Below are positions 49,115 to 58,082 of a stretch of DNA of 64,000 nt, one piece after another. The notes under the pieces were generated by a model. That model had not been told where the DNA came from. It made no database searches and saw only the letters and a list, made by a program, of their open reading frames with translations. The translations under genes and the position numbers were made by a program. The stretch comes from a virus: positions 1 through 64,000 of IMG/VR virus record IMGVR_UViG_3300008107_000046; one strand, 5' to 3'. Position 1 is the stretch's first letter, and each line of letters begins with the position of its first letter.

Positions 49115-50478
49115 ATTATACTACAAATTTAGATGAATATTATGAAATAAAAACTAGTTTTGATGGAGTAACTTATCATAAAGTTAATGAGAAAAATAAT
49201 ATAGATGATGGAATTTATATTAATAAAAACTATGATAAAGTTGTTTTAGTTGCCTATGAATATAGTTCTGGGGGAAATTTTTTAATAAATTCTTTATCTC
49301 TTAGTGATGATGTTTGTTCTTCTTTTAATTCTATTAAAGAAAAGGAGGAATATTTTAATAAAAGTTTAAATGATATAAATTTGTATTGGTCAGACTTTAC
49401 TATTTGTGATAAATTTTTTACTTATGAAGATATTAAAAATAATAATAAAGAAAAGTATTTTTTCATATTTACACATATTGTTGATAAAGAAGAAACTAAG
49501 TCTCAAATAAATTATCATTTAAAACGTTTAAAAAATTGTAAAGTAATATATTTCGTAAACTCACATCTTTTTGTTAAATTAAGAAGGTGTGTTCATAATT
49601 ATAAAGGATCATATAATTTTTCTAAATTTAAATCTTTGGATAATATTAAATTTTCTGATTATTTTACATTATCAGAAAAAGATAAAACAGCACTGAAAAA
49701 TAAGTATACTGATGTAAAAAAATATTCTTATTGTGATCTAAGCACAAAACAAGAAATTTATATATGGGATGTAAATTCATTTTTATCTGAAGAAGATTAT
49801 TTAAATGATATAAAACAATTTTATATTGGTTTTAATTTATCCAAATTTGATGAAAAGTCTTTGAGAAAAATTTATAGATCATGGATTAAAAAACTATCTG
49901 ATTTATCAGAAATTCCTATACCAAAAAAATATAAACCATGGACAGCACTTATATCAAAGTTGTATAATGATGATATGGATTTTCTTGATGTTAGAACTAG
50001 TACATTATACCAAAATTTTGATTTCGACCTTGATAACGAAAAAGCAATATTATTTTTGACGGAATCAAAATATGATTTTAATCTTGTTGTTAATTGTCTA
50101 TCTTTTAGTAAATATGTTTCATGTTCAAAAACATTAAGATATGATTTTCTAATTGAAAACATAAATGATAGATATTTCTTTTTAAATGATTGTACCGCTG
50201 AAGGTAAATACTTTTTTATTGTTGATCATTTGTGGACTAAAAGAACATTAAGTTTTCATAAATCACATTGGAAAAATTCAACTGTTATAGTTTGTAGTGA
50301 AAATGAATATTATAATGATTTGGCATATAAATGGGACCCTAATTTCTATCTAAAATTGAAAGACTTTTTAATTAATATTAAAAAATTATATAATTTTCTT
50401 GGTTTTGATGATTATGATGAGGATTTAATAAAAAAATACTATATTGCATGGATGAGTAATAAAAAAATTGACAATTAA
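49111..50478 (+). CDS. sulfotransferase-like paralogue 5 (one full plus one degenerate domain)
   Basis: YSSGGNFLINSLSLS...IWDVNSFLSEED, then a second NCLSFS...WDPNFYL unit. Confidence 0.5.
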   Translation: MNYTTNLDEYYEIKTSFDGVTYHKVNEKNNIDDGIYINKNYDKVVLVAYEYSSGGNFLINSLSLSDDVCSSFNSIKEKEEYFNKSLNDINLYWSDFTICDKFFTYEDIKNNNKEKYFFIFTHIVDKEETKSQINYHLKRLKNCKVIYFVNSHLFVKLRRCVHNYKGSYNFSKFKSLDNIKFSDYFTLSEKDKTALKNKYTDVKKYSYCDLSTKQEIYIWDVNSFLSEEDYLNDIKQFYIGFNLSKFDEKSLRKIYRSWIKKLSDLSEIPIPKKYKPWTALISKLYNDDMDFLDVRTSTLYQNFDFDLDNEKAILFLTESKYDFNLVVNCLSFSKYVSCSKTLRYDFLIENINDRYFFLNDCTAEGKYFFIVDHLWTKRTLSFHKSHWKNSTVIVCSENEYYNDLAYKWDPNFYLKLKDFLINIKKLYNFLGFDDYDEDLIKKYYIAWMSNKKIDN

Positions 50479-50519
50479 AAATACTTCTGATAAATTGGAT
50501 AATGTCTTTTCTAAAAACT

Positions 50520-50663
50520 ATGACCACTAAAACGCACGTACAAAAAGATGGAACTATTTGGGAATGGATTGAAACCCCAGAACTCAAAGAATGGATTTCT
50601 GTACAAGTAGCAAAAAAGACGCTTCTTCAACTTGACGATCCTAAAGTAAAAAATAATAACTGA
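50520..50663 (+). CDS. small hypothetical protein
   Basis: Manual ORF MTTKTHVQKDGTIWEWIETPEL; TTGACA-17-TAAATT upstream. Confidence 0.5.
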   Translation: MTTKTHVQKDGTIWEWIETPELKEWISVQVAKKTLLQLDDPKVKNNN

Positions 50664-50665
50664 AT

Positions 50666-50872
50666 ATGGAAAAAACATTTATTGATGATGCTTTTTATGT
50701 TGAACAAAAAAGATGGGGAACATGGCAATCATATGATAAAGAAGGTAACGGGTTATTAACATCATTAACTGAAACACAATGTATTTCTGCTACTAGATGG
50801 TATCTGAAGAAAAAACAAGAAGGATTTGATGATGTGCAGGTTTATGAAGGTGTTGTAGGTGGAAAACTCTAA
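50666..50872 (+). CDS. conserved cyanophage hypothetical protein
   Basis: FIDDAFYVE...TRWYLK...YEGVVGGKL. Confidence 0.65.
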   Translation: MEKTFIDDAFYVEQKRWGTWQSYDKEGNGLLTSLTETQCISATRWYLKKKQEGFDDVQVYEGVVGGKL

Positions 50873-51020
50873 TAATTATCCATATCATGTTTTAGATCCT
50901 ACGACACCATGGTTTGAGTGGTTATCATACTGTGAATGTTGTCTTAGTTTAGGTGTTGAACCACGACTTGGTAGGTTTATGCGTTATAGAGAATATCTTA
51001 AAGAAGTTGGACTTTTATGA
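50859..51020 (+). CDS. small conserved hypothetical protein
   Basis: Manual ORF YPYHVLDPTTPWFEWLSYCECC...RFMRYREYLK. Confidence 0.55.
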   Translation: MENSNNYPYHVLDPTTPWFEWLSYCECCLSLGVEPRLGRFMRYREYLKEVGLL

Positions 51021-51235
51021 AAGTAAGAACCAAAAAAATTATCTTTTTTTGTATTATTGCATGGGCATTTTTTACAACAATAATTAGTCTCAATTTAATG
51101 AATAGAATTACTAAATTGGAAATTAATCAAGCGTTTAATGATGAAAATGTTAAATCTTCAATTCAAAGATTATCATATGACATACATCAACTTCGGATAA
51201 ATACCACACAGTATGATGGTGAAAATTTTGAATGA
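51017..51235 (+). CDS. single-pass membrane protein
   Basis: N-terminal TM helix plus coiled coil. Confidence 0.5.
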   Translation: MKVRTKKIIFFCIIAWAFFTTIISLNLMNRITKLEINQAFNDENVKSSIQRLSYDIHQLRINTTQYDGENFE

Positions 51236-51492
51236 ATAATATCATTTCTTGGATTTTTGGACCAAAAAAAGAACAAAAATACGTGATCAATTGTATTGAT
51301 CATAATGAAGGTAAAAAAACTTCTTTGATGGAATTGATTTCTAATTTGGAAGAGAGAATTGAAAAATTAGAAAAAGAGAACATTGAACTTACTAATTCAT
51401 TATATGAGGTTGAAAATACTTTACAATCTCAAATTGATGAGATAAAATTGCCTATATATAACTTACAAATGTATACCTTAGGAGAAAAATAA
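51232..51492 (+). CDS. coiled-coil hypothetical protein
   Basis: LEERIEKLEKENIELTNSLYEVENTLQSQID. Confidence 0.55.
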   Translation: MNNIISWIFGPKKEQKYVINCIDHNEGKKTSLMELISNLEERIEKLEKENIELTNSLYEVENTLQSQIDEIKLPIYNLQMYTLGEK

Positions 51493-51783
51493 ATGTCTTT
51501 TGATATTACGTTCGTAAATGCTGATGGGGTAGAAACTGTAGTACCTTGTGAAGCAGATCAATATATTCTTGAAGCAGCAGATGAAGCAGGTGTAGATCTT
51601 CCTTATTCTTGTCGTGCTGGTGCATGTTCTTCTTGTGCTGGTAAAGTCATTGAAGGTGAAGTTGACAATTCTGAACAAACTTTTCTTGATGACGATCAGA
51701 TGAATGAAGGATTTACTCTTTTGTGTGTTGCATATCCACTTTCTGATTGTAAAATTCTTACTGAACAAGAGGAAAATCTATAA
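51493..51783 (+). CDS. petF: plant-type [2Fe-2S] ferredoxin
   Basis: [16 protein letters not shown]...QTFLDDDQ...LLCVAYP. Confidence 0.97.
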   Translation: MSFDITFVNADGVETVVPCEADQYILEAADEAGVDLPYSCRAGACSSCAGKVIEGEVDNSEQTFLDDDQMNEGFTLLCVAYPLSDCKILTEQEENL

Positions 51784-51965
51784 TGTATGAAGAGTTAAAC
51801 ACATTTGAAACTGCTCTTTCTCATTTTGGGACTAGAGTTGATATTATATGTGCTTTAGAAATGGGAGGAAAAATTGATGCTGAAACTGCTTACAAAAATA
51901 TTAAATTTGAACTTAAAGAACTCAAAAAAATTAGAAAACGTTCAAAAAAAGACCAGGATATGTGA
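51783..51965 (+). CDS. small protein resembling a conserved cyanobacterial hypothetical
   Basis: FGTRVDIICALEMGGKIDAETAYKNIK. Confidence 0.6.
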   Translation: MYEELNTFETALSHFGTRVDIICALEMGGKIDAETAYKNIKFELKELKKIRKRSKKDQDM

Positions 51966-52083
51966 CAAATGTGGAGTTGAAAAACCCCTAACTATTGAAA
52001 ATTTTCAAACTGTGAAATATTTCAGAGATGGGTTTTCTTATTACTGTAATGAGTGTTCTACCGTAAATGGTAAGTCTAAATAA
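51874..52083 (+). CDS. small zinc-finger protein
   Basis: CDKC...CNEC; start uncertain. Confidence 0.5.
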   Translation: MMLKLLTKILNLNLKNSKKLENVQKKTRICDKCGVEKPLTIENFQTVKYFRDGFSYYCNECSTVNGKSK

Positions 52084-52121
52084 CAATAAATAAGTAAATA
52101 ACAAAGAAATCTTGAGATACG

Positions 52122-52682
52122 ATGGCAGTATTAACCGCAACTGGTGTCACTTTTAGTGATGCTACATCATTAACATCTAAGTATGGAGTGTTACCGCAAT
52201 CCACAGTATCTGTATTTTTTCAAGCAGCAGCACCTACTGGTTGGACAAAAAGTACAACCCACGATGATAAAGCATTGAGAGTTGTAAGTGGAACTGGTGG
52301 TGGATTTGGATCTGGTGGTACTGCAGGTGCTGGAGGTATTTCATTTACTTCTGCTTTTCCCGCTACAGCAAAACCGATTGCAGTTCCTATTTCAGTAACT
52401 GCGCCTGTGACTGCTACTGTTGGCAATACAACTCTTACTACAGCACAAATACCTCAGCATACTCATAATAGTTTAACTGGATCTGATGCTGCTGCAGCAT
52501 CAGGATCTTCACAATTTAGAACTCCTGGAAATACTGCTACTGGTGGTGTAGATAGTCCTTTGGGTACTGGAGGAGCACACACTCACCCATGGACAGGAAA
52601 CGTGGCACTATCTACGACAGGTAATACTACAATGGACTTGAGAGTTCAATATGTAGACGTAATTCTTTGCTCATTTAACTAA
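52122..52682 (+). CDS. mini tail-fibre / tail-collar-like protein 1
   Basis: FQAAAPTGWTK..HDDKALRVVSG, TLTTAQIPQHTH, GGAHTH; late promoter at 52085-52092. Confidence 0.7.
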   Translation: MAVLTATGVTFSDATSLTSKYGVLPQSTVSVFFQAAAPTGWTKSTTHDDKALRVVSGTGGGFGSGGTAGAGGISFTSAFPATAKPIAVPISVTAPVTATVGNTTLTTAQIPQHTHNSLTGSDAAAASGSSQFRTPGNTATGGVDSPLGTGGAHTHPWTGNVALSTTGNTTMDLRVQYVDVILCSFN

Positions 52683-52683
52683 G

Positions 52684-53253
52684 ATGGCGGTTTTAACAAA
52701 TACTGGAATACAATTTGCTGTTGGTAATGAAATAAATTCAAAGTATTGGATGTATCCTGTTGGAACAAAAAAATTGTTTGTCCAATCTGCTGCTCCAACT
52801 GGATGGACTAAAGATACTACCCATGATAATAAAGCACTGAGAGTTGTATCTGGAAATGGTGGTGGAAGTGGTGGTACAAATAGTTTTACTACAACTTTTC
52901 CAGCATCTACTATACCAATTTCAGTACCATTTAGTTCAACACCTCAAGTAACTTCTCCAACTGGGCAAACAACATATACAGTTGGACAAACAACACTTTC
53001 AATTACACAAATTCCACAACATACTCACAGTAGTCTTCAAGGAGTATCTGGTGGATCTGGTGCAAACCCATTCAGTAATGCTGGAACATTTAGGGTTGCT
53101 GGAAGCACTTCAACTCCAGGAATGGTAGAATCGACTGGTGGTGGTGCTCACGATCATAGTTTTAGTGGAACTGCATCAGTAACAACTACTGGAAACACTG
53201 CAATGGACTTGAGAGTTCAATATGTTGATGCTATAATTTGCACATTAAACTAA
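52684..53253 (+). CDS. mini tail-fibre / tail-collar-like protein 2
   Basis: VQSAAPTGWTK..HDNKALRVVSG, TLSITQIPQHTH, GGAHDH. Confidence 0.7.
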   Translation: MAVLTNTGIQFAVGNEINSKYWMYPVGTKKLFVQSAAPTGWTKDTTHDNKALRVVSGNGGGSGGTNSFTTTFPASTIPISVPFSSTPQVTSPTGQTTYTVGQTTLSITQIPQHTHSSLQGVSGGSGANPFSNAGTFRVAGSTSTPGMVESTGGGAHDHSFSGTASVTTTGNTAMDLRVQYVDAIICTLN

Positions 53254-53289
53254 ATATGTTATAATTTTTATTAATAGGTTGAAATTATT

Positions 53290-53628
53290 ATGCAAGTAAA
53301 ACCAGGTAATTATTGTCCACTAATTAAAAAAGATTGTATTGGTCTCAAATGTGCTTGGTACACGCACGTTAGAGGTATGAACCCAAATACTGGGCAAGAA
53401 GTTGATGAATGGTCTTGTGCTATTAATTGGTTGCCAATGATGCTTATTGAAAATTCTCAACAACAAAGATCTACTGGCGCTGCTGTAGAATCTTTCAGAA
53501 ATGAGATGGTCAAAGCAAATGAAACTAATATTAATGTTTTATCTGCAGCAGCACAAATGTTGCAGGCATCCAGAGATGAGCGTGAAACAAAAATTCTTCC
53601 AACTGAAGTAAGAGAGGTAAACGAATGA
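53290..53628 (+). CDS. Cys-rich conserved phage protein (fibre-associated)
   Basis: CPLIKKDCIGLKCAW...DEWSCAINWLP...TGAAVESFRNEMVKAN. Confidence 0.6.
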   Translation: MQVKPGNYCPLIKKDCIGLKCAWYTHVRGMNPNTGQEVDEWSCAINWLPMMLIENSQQQRSTGAAVESFRNEMVKANETNINVLSAAAQMLQASRDERETKILPTEVREVNE

Positions 53629-54410
53629 GAGTAACTGTTATTTACGATGATCATTATATTTCTGTAGATGGTCAAGGAATTCATTTTGTTGATAATTGGC
53701 CATTTGATGAAGAAAATATTCATGCTATTCAATGGTATGCTGATCATGGTGAATTGGAGTACAAAGACACTTCTCCAAATTTAGAATTTACCGATTATCC
53801 AATTATTGCAAAATACATAAGTCACTTTACTAAAGAAAAAGAACGTATTGAAGAAGAAAGAAGAAGAATTGAGGAAGAAGAGCGTAAAAGGCATGAAATG
53901 TGGCAGTTAGCAATGCAAGAACTGCAAAAAGAATTGAATGAAACCAAAATGAATTATGAAAATACTATCCGAAATTTTGAGGAAGTCAAAACTAATTTGG
54001 ATATTATGAGTAAGAGTTACATGGAAACTCAAGAGCAGTTGTCAATTGCAAATCAAGTTAATTATGAAATTCAAAAGATTAATGAACAAATAAGTTATGT
54101 TAATCCAGACACTGAAATTATGAATATAATTCAACCAAATGTTATTGATAATATTGCTGAGTTCAGTGATGGTGTTGATATGTCCTTATTTGAAGATGAT
54201 GAATCTATTATACAACAATTGGAAGAACTTCAATCTTTAGAAACTGAAAGAACTGAATTTGATGTAAAAGCATTTGAAGAGAATTTTGATATTGATCTAT
54301 TGGATGAAGTTAATCTTGCCAATCCTCAAGAAAACGATGGTGAGGAGGATTATATTCTTTCTATCGAATCTTTATTAGATGAACTTGATTTAGAAGAAGA
54401 AACCAATTAA
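53625..54410 (+). CDS. tail-fibre assembly chaperone-like protein with acidic coiled-coil tail
   Basis: MRVTVIYDD..ISVDG...IHAIQW...GELEY; acidic C-terminus. Confidence 0.5.
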   Translation: MRVTVIYDDHYISVDGQGIHFVDNWPFDEENIHAIQWYADHGELEYKDTSPNLEFTDYPIIAKYISHFTKEKERIEEERRRIEEEERKRHEMWQLAMQELQKELNETKMNYENTIRNFEEVKTNLDIMSKSYMETQEQLSIANQVNYEIQKINEQISYVNPDTEIMNIIQPNVIDNIAEFSDGVDMSLFEDDESIIQQLEELQSLETERTEFDVKAFEENFDIDLLDEVNLANPQENDGEEDYILSIESLLDELDLEEETN

Positions 54411-54430
54411 AGTAAAAAATATATGTTGTT

Positions 54431-55636
54431 ATGATTAAAGAATTAACTGAAAATAACTACTTAGTAGTTCCTAGTTTCGTAATTAAAGAAAAAGCAAATC
54501 AATTAGCAAACGATTTTAAAAACTATTCCGAAAAAAATAATCTTTTAGGTGATAGTCAAGTACAAAATTCATACTCAAAATATGATTATATTTCATTCCT
54601 AGAACTTTTGTGTGAAAAAACACCAGAAGTTTCTAGGATTATTGGTGAAACGGTTCTTCCGACATATTCTTATGTACGAATTTATAAGAATGGAAATACC
54701 TTACCACATCATGTAGATAGAAAGGCATGTGAAATTTCTATTACTGTTAATTTAGATTGTGACATTCCTTGGGATATTTGGATCGTCACTCCATCAGGAG
54801 AAAAAAGGTCTGTAACTCTTCTTCCTGGTGATGCTATGATTTATTTGGGGTGTGCTGCAACTCATTGGAGGGAAGAATACTCTGGTAATTATTGCTCACA
54901 AGTATTTTTACACTATGTAAGAAGTCGTGGTCCTTACTCAAATGTGTATTTTGATAAGAAGGAATATAAAGAAAATAACGACATCTTGGAAGAAACCATT
55001 GAAGAAAAAGTTTCTTCTCCTACATTGATTGTAAAAGAACCACAAAAAGATGAAGCGGTTATTATTCATAACAGTAAAACACCATTAGATGAATACATTA
55101 AGATTTTTTATAATGTAATTCCTAATGATACTTGCGATCTAATTCTTAATGAATATGTTTCATCTAATGACTGGACTGAAAGTAGAACTGGTGATGGGAA
55201 TGTTAACAAGCACATTAGAAATTGTGATATTATAAGTATTTCTCAAGCAAATGTTATTAATAAAAATCCAGAAACAAGACAAAAAATAGATCATTTACTT
55301 TTTAGTGCATCTGGTGAAGCACTAAAAAGATACATTGAATTAATTCCAATGTGTGAAGTTAATACTGATAGTGGGTATGATCTATTAAGATATAATGAAG
55401 GTGGATATTATTCACTACATACAGATTCTTTCAAAGATATTCCTCGTTCTGTGTCATGTTCATTTAATTTAAATGATGACTATGAAGGTGGAGAATTTGC
55501 TTTCTTCAATAAAGAATATGTCATCCGAGCACCTAAAGGTTCTGCAATAGTATTTCCATCGAATTTTATGTATCCTCATGAAATTATGGAAGTTAAAAAA
55601 GGATCTAGATATTCTATAGTTACTTGGTTTATTTGA
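54431..55636 (+). CDS. tandem two-domain 2OG-Fe(II) oxygenase (prolyl-hydroxylase-like)
   Basis: Domain 1 LPHHVDRKACEISIT...HWRE; domain 2 LHTDS...YEGGEF...FPSNFMYPHEI...RYSIVTW. Confidence 0.85.
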   Translation: MIKELTENNYLVVPSFVIKEKANQLANDFKNYSEKNNLLGDSQVQNSYSKYDYISFLELLCEKTPEVSRIIGETVLPTYSYVRIYKNGNTLPHHVDRKACEISITVNLDCDIPWDIWIVTPSGEKRSVTLLPGDAMIYLGCAATHWREEYSGNYCSQVFLHYVRSRGPYSNVYFDKKEYKENNDILEETIEEKVSSPTLIVKEPQKDEAVIIHNSKTPLDEYIKIFYNVIPNDTCDLILNEYVSSNDWTESRTGDGNVNKHIRNCDIISISQANVINKNPETRQKIDHLLFSASGEALKRYIELIPMCEVNTDSGYDLLRYNEGGYYSLHTDSFKDIPRSVSCSFNLNDDYEGGEFAFFNKEYVIRAPKGSAIVFPSNFMYPHEIMEVKKGSRYSIVTWFI

Positions 55637-56214
55637 TGCAGGAAGAATATCAAGATTTTATTGGGATATACCGTAATGTAATTCCTAAGGAAGAATGTGT
55701 AGAGTTTGTATCAACTATAGAAAATTATTTTCAGAATGCAGATCAAACTACTATTCTTCCTGGTGTAACTCAATTTCAAAATACTGAATTGGGTAGAAAT
55801 GATTACTCTACCAATGGATTTGTAAATCTTCCTTACGAATCGATGGCAATTCAAAATAAATTGAATGAATGTATGTTTAAATACGCTCACAAGTATTTTA
55901 TTGTTAAACAGTTGACTGCTTCTTCAAAAGAGGTTAAAATACAAAAAACACCCCCTAGAGGTGGTTACCATCAATGGCATTGTGAGCAATGTAATATTGA
56001 AACTTCAACTAGAGTTTTAGGATGGATGGTTTATCTTAATGATATTCCAGATGGAGAGGGTGAAACTGAATTCATATGGCAAAAATTAAGAGTAAAACCA
56101 GAAGCAGGTAAGTTTTTAATTTGGCCTGCTTCCTTTACTCACACCCATAGGGGAAATCCTGTTTATTCTTGTAGTAAATATATTGCTACAGGTTGGTATA
56201 CATTGGATACTTAA
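55624..56214 (+). CDS. 2OG-Fe(II) oxygenase
   Basis: GGYHQWHCE...MVYLND..GETEF...WPASFTHTHRGNP..KYIATGW. Confidence 0.88.
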   Translation: MVYLMQEEYQDFIGIYRNVIPKEECVEFVSTIENYFQNADQTTILPGVTQFQNTELGRNDYSTNGFVNLPYESMAIQNKLNECMFKYAHKYFIVKQLTASSKEVKIQKTPPRGGYHQWHCEQCNIETSTRVLGWMVYLNDIPDGEGETEFIWQKLRVKPEAGKFLIWPASFTHTHRGNPVYSCSKYIATGWYTLDT

Positions 56215-56243
56215 TTATATTCTAACATTGGATTGAAAATTAA

Positions 56244-56465
56244 ATGGCACTATCTAAATCGGTTGAAGAATCTTTAAAAGAAGCAGAAGCATCTCTTCGT
56301 AATGCTCTTTCTTATGCTGCTCGTCAAGAAAAACCATTCATTGGTAAACATATTGCAGATATGATTTTAGAAATTGATAATCTCATTAAAACTGATGAAC
56401 TTATTGATAAACTTGAAAATCGTATGAACGGTGATAGTGGTAAATGGGGACCTTTTGGTGAGTAA
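56244..56465 (+). CDS. conserved cyanophage hypothetical protein
   Basis: MALSKSVEESLKEAEASLRNALSYAARQEKP. Confidence 0.65.
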   Translation: MALSKSVEESLKEAEASLRNALSYAARQEKPFIGKHIADMILEIDNLIKTDELIDKLENRMNGDSGKWGPFGE

Positions 56466-56467
56466 AT

Positions 56468-57754
56468 ATGAATAAAAAACCTTTATGCATAATGCCATGG
56501 ACATATCTAGAAATATTAACTACTGGTGATGTTACGCCATGCTGTGCTAGTTATTATTTGTATGGAAATGTAAAGGAAAAAAGTATAGAGGAAATATGGA
56601 ATGATGATCCAATAAAAAAACTTCGTCTTGACATGTTCAGTGATAAACTTCCTGAAGCATGTCATACTTGTAGAGAAATAGAAGAAACTGGTAGTGAATG
56701 TAGTTTAAGGATTATTAACAATGATAAGTTTAAATCTACTTTCGATGACATAGAACAAATTACAAATCCTGATGGTTCTATTTCTCAACTTAAATTTAGG
56801 GGTTGGGACTTTAAATTAAAAAATAAATGCAACTTTAAGTGTAGAACATGCACTCCTTGGGAGAGTGAATTAATTGCAAAAGAAAATAAAGAAATTGTAG
56901 ATCATAAGAGTAATTTAAGTTCGGTTAAAGGATCTTTTGATACTGATGATGTTCCAACATTAGAAAATACTTGCCAATCAGTAACTGATGATTTTGATTT
57001 TCGTCAATTTGCATTAGATCAAATTGATAATTTAGAAATGATTGAATTTGCTGGTGGTGAAACATTAATCATGGATGAACATTATGAATTGTTAGACATA
57101 TTATTGAAAAATAATAAGACTGATATACATCTCTCTTATAACACTAATATGTCTATCATGAAGTATAAGTCTTATCATATACTAGACTATTGGCGTAAAT
57201 GGAACCCAGATAAATTAACTGTTATTGCTAGTATTGATGAAATCGGTGAACGTGCTGAACACATTAGAAAAGGGACTGTTTGGAAAGTAGTAGAAAAAAA
57301 TTTAAAGACAATAGTTTCTGAAGGTTTCAACAGAAGAACAAATGATGTTATAGGATGTCATAATGTCTTTAGATTACCTGAAATAATAACTTATTTGACA
57401 GAAATTGATTACATTTCACCAAAATTTGATTGTTTAAATTTTGATTTGTCAGTTGAAATTTCTAACTATGATTTAAGAGCATTGTCTGATGAGTTTAAAA
57501 GTGATATAATTATTAAGTTAAACAATTTTATAGAAATTTATAACAAAAAATATAATACGGACATTTCTGCTAAATTTATCCATGTGATTGAAACTTTAAA
57601 AGAACCCCATCATATCAAATATGCAATGAGATATTTTAAAGAAACTATCAAAAGAGATAAATTTAGAAATGAAAACACTTTTGAAGTAATTCCAGAAATG
57701 AAAGATATTAAAAAAAGTATTAAAAAGTATCTGAAAGAAAATTCTGTAAAGTAA
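56468..57754 (+). CDS. radical SAM protein with N-terminal SPASM/twitch-like domain (paralogue of 38553)
   Basis: CIMPW..GDVTPCC..CHTC; CNFKCRTC; AGGE; YNTN. Confidence 0.85.
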   Translation: MNKKPLCIMPWTYLEILTTGDVTPCCASYYLYGNVKEKSIEEIWNDDPIKKLRLDMFSDKLPEACHTCREIEETGSECSLRIINNDKFKSTFDDIEQITNPDGSISQLKFRGWDFKLKNKCNFKCRTCTPWESELIAKENKEIVDHKSNLSSVKGSFDTDDVPTLENTCQSVTDDFDFRQFALDQIDNLEMIEFAGGETLIMDEHYELLDILLKNNKTDIHLSYNTNMSIMKYKSYHILDYWRKWNPDKLTVIASIDEIGERAEHIRKGTVWKVVEKNLKTIVSEGFNRRTNDVIGCHNVFRLPEIITYLTEIDYISPKFDCLNFDLSVEISNYDLRALSDEFKSDIIIKLNNFIEIYNKKYNTDISAKFIHVIETLKEPHHIKYAMRYFKETIKRDKFRNENTFEVIPEMKDIKKSIKKYLKENSVK

Positions 57755-57841
57755 TATTGCAGAAATCCGAATAAAACATTAAGAATTTAATAATTAAATT
57801 GATATCCTGTTAGAATATCCTCACAAATTCACGAGGCGCTT

Positions 57842-58048
57842 ATGTCCCTTCCTTCCAATCGAACAAAAGAACTCACCAATGATGAGTGGAATGAATTAGT
57901 TGCACTGAAGGATGCAATTAATAGTAATCCAGCATCAGTTCATCCTGAAAAGATGGAGTTGTTTACTGAATTACTTGTTCGGTCACTTGATGGGAAGTGT
58001 GATCCTCCGACGCCAAAAAATTGGAGAGGTGGATCTTTATCTGAATAA
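57842..58048 (+). CDS. conserved cyanophage hypothetical protein
   Basis: EWNELVALKDAINSNPASVHPEKMELFTELLVRSL. Confidence 0.6.
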   Translation: MSLPSNRTKELTNDEWNELVALKDAINSNPASVHPEKMELFTELLVRSLDGKCDPPTPKNWRGGSLSE

Positions 58049-58082
58049 TTTAATACATAATAGTATTAGCACCTTAAGATAA

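Noticed and set aside
57755-57841. Possible Pho box in AT-rich intergenic region
   Set aside because: TTAA units lack convincing 11-nt periodicity, and no phosphate gene follows
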